Origin: Eledone cirrhosa
Taxonomy: Eukaryota
Direction of reading: 5' to 3'
Assembly: GCA_964016885.1 (NCBI GenBank)
Contig: OZ024745.1
Location: forward strand, 132,618,001-132,682,000
Length of the DNA: 64,000 nt
The position numbers and the translations under genes are program-made. Below the pieces are notes generated by a model that saw nothing but the letters and a program-made list of their open reading frames with translations, searched no databases and was not told the DNA's origin. This document shows positions 58,200 to 64,000 of the stretch, piece after piece; position 1 is the first letter of the stretch; every line of letters starts with the position of its first letter.

Positions 58200-59700
58200 T
58201 GAAAGCATGAGTTTGAACGTAAATCATGCAGTAAATATGGAAATGTTTGAAGTGGAAGTGATATTAAGAGAACCATCTTTATTGAAACGATGTGCGTAGA
58301 AGAATTTTTTTAAATTGTTAGATTCACTCCATCCACCCCAGGTTAGACACTAAGCGGCTTGGCTGCAACTTGATTGTTGAGAGTACTGAAGGGTATTCTG
58401 TGCTTCTCTGATTTTGGTCCTGCAGATGTTGTGATGGTGAATACAACGTCTTGGCTAGTAGTATTGACTGATACTTTACTGATATTGTAGGCTGTGGACT
58501 TCGACCGTAGAGCTAGAGCAAGTGTTTGTGTTATAGAACTTGATTTGGGGATGTATATACAGATATATTCTTTCACTGGGACTTTCGGCTGCAGGTATAG
58601 CTGACTGAATGAGATAGGAATGAATCATGTCTTCATTAGGTTCGACGTAGATTTAGCACTGATCTGCAGTTACTATCAGTTGGGACAGGGTTATTAAGCA
58701 GCACTAGGCTTTCAAATATATTGTATGGATTGGACGAATAGCGATGGCTGGGTAATGTGTTTGTTGAGAATATTTGCAAGAGAGGGTTTGATGATGTATC
58801 TGGATGAATACTGTATGGTCATTGAAGAGTAGTAAACGTTTCTATTTCTATACCATCGATCTTGGCGCATGATTAGTCTAGTCAACAAGAGATCATCTAT
58901 TTGATCGAAGAGCAATCAAATGTTTCTAAAATCATACTCTGCCATTTTGTATGACGACAGTGAGTATAAATATTATATTCATATATAGGATTTGAAAAAC
59001 TTAAACGTTACACTTAGAATATATTTAATCAAAAATATCCTTGAATAGGGTGGGTTAGTGAAGTAAATACTAACAAATCTGTGCTATAAGTGGAAGAGTG
59101 ACGAGTACTTGTATAGGAAGATAATAGTTACAAAAAAGATGGGATGAGATAAATATAATACAGGAAGCCCTGTTGTCGAAGAAAGTTGCGAAGGTTTGAG
59201 TCATAGTAAGAACATAGAATGAGTTGGGAAGGTAGGTAAATATGATACAGAAGAACTAGAAGCCATTGTTGCCGACTGACAGATTAACGCATTAGAGTAG
59301 ATTGTACGCTAGAACATCAAATATAATAGGGCTGTCTCAGAGATAAATAACATTTTATCGGGATACAAGGATCATAGTTCTAGTCATTAACAATATAAAT
59401 ATTCCTTCCACCAACCTGTTCCTTTAACGATCTCATTAAACAATGTACGTCTATAGAAATTTCCATCTGTTTCATTTCACTCCAAATGGTAATTTACTTG
59501 TGATGAATGTGTTTTCCTGACAAGATCAGTCAGGTTAGGAGGCTGATTGATAGTATCTGACATAATATTACCCCATATATTAATATTCATTAACTTCTTT
59601 TGATTCTAAAATGTTTTTCGTTCCAAATTTATTGATCTATTGCACTGTTCCTTCTGCTAAACTGTTTTGACAATTTCTCTTTATAGCTCCACCTGTGTTC
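58200..59700 (-). mobile_element. Highly decayed Penelope-type RT
   Basis: Minus-strand remnants in the expected order: IL.PDK, Y..LP.H, S..FTN.P, KIDG...PSLANI; all degenerate. Confidence 0.4.
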
Positions 59701-60018
59701 AAAATCTGGTAAATACTAAACTTGAATTAAGACAGATTATTTATTATCAACTCTAATCAAATAATTTGGCAATAGTTCTTTTCTCGATTTCTCTACTTCT
59801 TTAATCGCATATATATATGAAGGAATTATATATTATTTATTATGGAGAACAATTCATAGGCAGATATACTTTAATAAAAAATAGTATTTGAATGGCAGTA
59901 GTAAAATAGTGATTAGAAACAGATATCTAGGTTAAAAATCTGACTTTTAAATGTTGCACGTATACATACACTCACTGGTGCTCACACACAGAGACACATA
60001 CAAACACACACACGCATG

Positions 60019-60087
<69 letters not shown>

Positions 60088-60445
60088 AGGGAAGTAAGGT
60101 TCTATACAAATCTGGTTATGGAGAAAAGGTGAAATAGCACGGAAAATATATTTGGGGTCTGCTTTTCTTTTCTCTTTTCTTTTCTTTGATTCGTCAAAGT
60201 GACATTATTGAAAAAGCGAGACAATTCTTTTAAAAAAGAGTTCTATAATGTATATAAAGTATATAAATTATTACCGTTTTCGATGAATTGTTGAGTATGA
60301 CAATTAAAAAGAATTAAAAACAAACAAACAAAGAGAAAGGAACTACAACTAGAAATAACAGCCGAGACTTTTCAACATATTTAATATGTTACCTCCGTAA
60401 TTATGAAACATTACACTCTCTACAAATTAACCCCTATCAATGTGT

Positions 60446-60489
<44 letters not shown>

Positions 60490-60711
60490 AAATTAATTTT
60501 AATAAATGCTCGGATTTATTCCTTAGAATCTTTGAGCTTATTCTACAGGTGGTATGGCGCATGTTTCTGATATTCTCAGACATGACGTCTTTAATTTAAT
60601 TTGGTTAGTATATCTATATCGAAACCGTCGGTCACAGCACTAGAACAGGTGAATATTTAAATCGTATTTTAATTTATTTAAAAGATTGTTTAATGTTTGC
60701 TCGTTCCGCTC

Positions 60712-60786
<75 letters not shown>

Positions 60787-61345
60787 GGGGGGGGGTATGT
60801 GTGTGTTTGTGTGTGTTTGTTTGTTTTTGTGTGTGCAATCACCGAAGCGCTCATCGTCGATGAATCTGCATGTATAAACTTATGTGTGAATTTATCTGTG
60901 ACTTCGAAGGTATGCATGTGTAAGCGTGTTGAAATTTATGTATATTTATAGGCGAATGTTATAAGAATGAAGGTAAATATTTTGTAGTAGGACAAGTGTA
61001 TACTGCAGGAATGTACCTAAAAGTACTAACCAGAGCCAAAATTAACAAATATATTCCACCTTCCCATTGCTTCAGAAAATTGTAGGCACTTATCTTTCAT
61101 CACTAATATACATTCTTTAGCAAATAGGACTTATTTCAAACGACTACTAAGCAATTTCCGTCTCACCAATGCCCATATAACTGTGTCTGTTCCGGTGATT
61201 ATAGATCTATTCAGTTGTATATAGCAAAGAGGAAACATTATGTATTATACATAGAGAAGCTTATATGGCTACACAAATGGACATACATACACACACACGC
61301 ACGCACGTATATATATATATATATATACATACACATACACGTACA

Positions 61346-61379
<34 letters not shown>

Positions 61380-61499
61380 TTGACTAATAACAATCAAATA
61401 CTCATGTGTAGCATCATATATGTATGCAGCGGTGTATCAAGGTATGTCTAACATTATATGTGTTACTATACATGGTTAATATATTATGTATATACACTC

Positions 61500-62274
<775 letters not shown>

Positions 62275-62527
62275 GCATATACATAGGAAGATAAACACAC
62301 ATTTTCATATAATGATACACGTCCTCCATATATACAAATGTTTCAAAAGGATACATACGTTTTATTTTCTTTCATAGACTCCGCCGTTAACTCAAATTCT
62401 AGTGTTCAAAGAAAACAGCTAATGTTTACTTAAACCCATCTTCTTCAAAGAACGAAGAATCAAAATGCGACCAAATAATTCGCACACACATATAAACAGT
62501 ATAAAGGAAGACACATGCAACATATAT

Positions 62528-62568
<41 letters not shown>

Positions 62569-62674
62569 GCATTAGTGCATACGATACGGATTCGATTTCT
62601 TTACATACTCTTGCAACGAATATTTATCTTATAAATCTACTCAATAGCTTCCGAAATAGAAATACTACTAGGTA

Positions 62675-63089
<415 letters not shown>

Positions 63090-63339
63090 GCCTATTTAGA
63101 AATAACTTTCAACTTTCAACATTCCACATATTCTGATACATGTCTTACTTTCTTATAGTTTCTGTTTAACTCAGTTTAGACTAAAGTACCAAACTACTTA
63201 AGATTGTATCACCAAGAAAATTAAATTATTTTCTCTAATGCTTCCATTTTCTTGACAAACTAAATAAGGCAGAAACAAATTTACTGAAATATGTTTGTTA
63301 AGTAAGGCGCCAAATTTAGCATTCGGTAATCCGAAGAGG

Positions 63340-63792
63340 GGTAGGGGTAAAAGCCAAATTGTCTATCATCAATTTGGTATTCGTGCCACCCCTTACATAT
63401 GAACTTAAATCTTGGGTAATGGACGAAAGAAAACAATCACGAATGAAAGTGTCCGAAGGATCTTTGGAATAACGTTACTTGATAGAGTGTGTAGCTCGGA
63501 GATGAGAGAGTCTCTTCGGGTAGATCTGCTACTTCCCAGAATCACAGTCCCAATAGTGAGGGAATGTTTTTAGAATGTCTTAGGAAAGAATCGTTGGACA
63601 GATTATACGGGCAAATCATACCAACAGAAGACCCAGGGGGTAGACACCCGAGCAAGATGGACTCGGCTGGTGTTGCTTGGGGTTCCAGCCGGATCAGTTA
63701 GAAACAGTTGCTTCTTTCAGGACCCGCTGAAAGGAGTGTTTCAGAATTCTACCCTCAGGACCCTCTTAGGAATAAGTGGACGAAGAAGATGT
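63340..63792 (+). mobile_element. RTE LINE 3' fragment
   Basis: FVP.LTYELKSWVMDERKQSRMKVSE...GITLLDRVCSSEMRESLRVDLLL...RRPRG..PRARW. Confidence 0.75.
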
Positions 63793-64000
63793 TACTGTCA
63801 TTAGGCCTTGTGATCGCTAGGAAGAGACTGTTTTACTTTCATGATGCCACAAATATGTTAAAATATTTGGCGTTCTTCTAAATGTAAACTGAAAAGGAAA
63901 TACATTAATCTTTGTTCCCTATCATTTAAAATCACCAGCGTTTGATGTCATCATGGTTTGCCTTTATTTCAACAAGATCAACGATTAGATTGTCACTAAG

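Overview
AT-rich, microsatellite-dense non-genic animal DNA. The dominant SINE resembles octopus OK/OR tRNA-SINEs, so an octopod origin is likely (inference). I find no host protein-coding gene; nearly all listed ORFs are (TA)n/(CA)n/(GA)n or satellite artefacts. Recognisable content: decayed Penelope-like elements (PLEs; RT plus GIY-YIG at 19040-20560 and 25620-26385, and an older one near 58-59.7 kb), a Chapaev3-like transposase with an intron, a mariner fragment, L1/Tx1, RTE, CRE and R4/Dong LINE fragments, many SINEs and several minisatellites. The main signal: at least six sequence-distinct, non-coding elements (plus weaker candidates) each carry a type I hammerhead ribozyme (HHR) motif. 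These have a palindromic stem III and often a very long stem II, and most end in (TA)n. Several are head-to-head inverted dimers or partial tandem repeats, including a 593-bp unit with three HHRs. I infer a set of microsatellite-targeting, PLE-mobilised retrozyme/pLTR elements. All structures were paired by eye; nothing was folded computationally, searched or tested, and coordinates of decayed elements are approximate.
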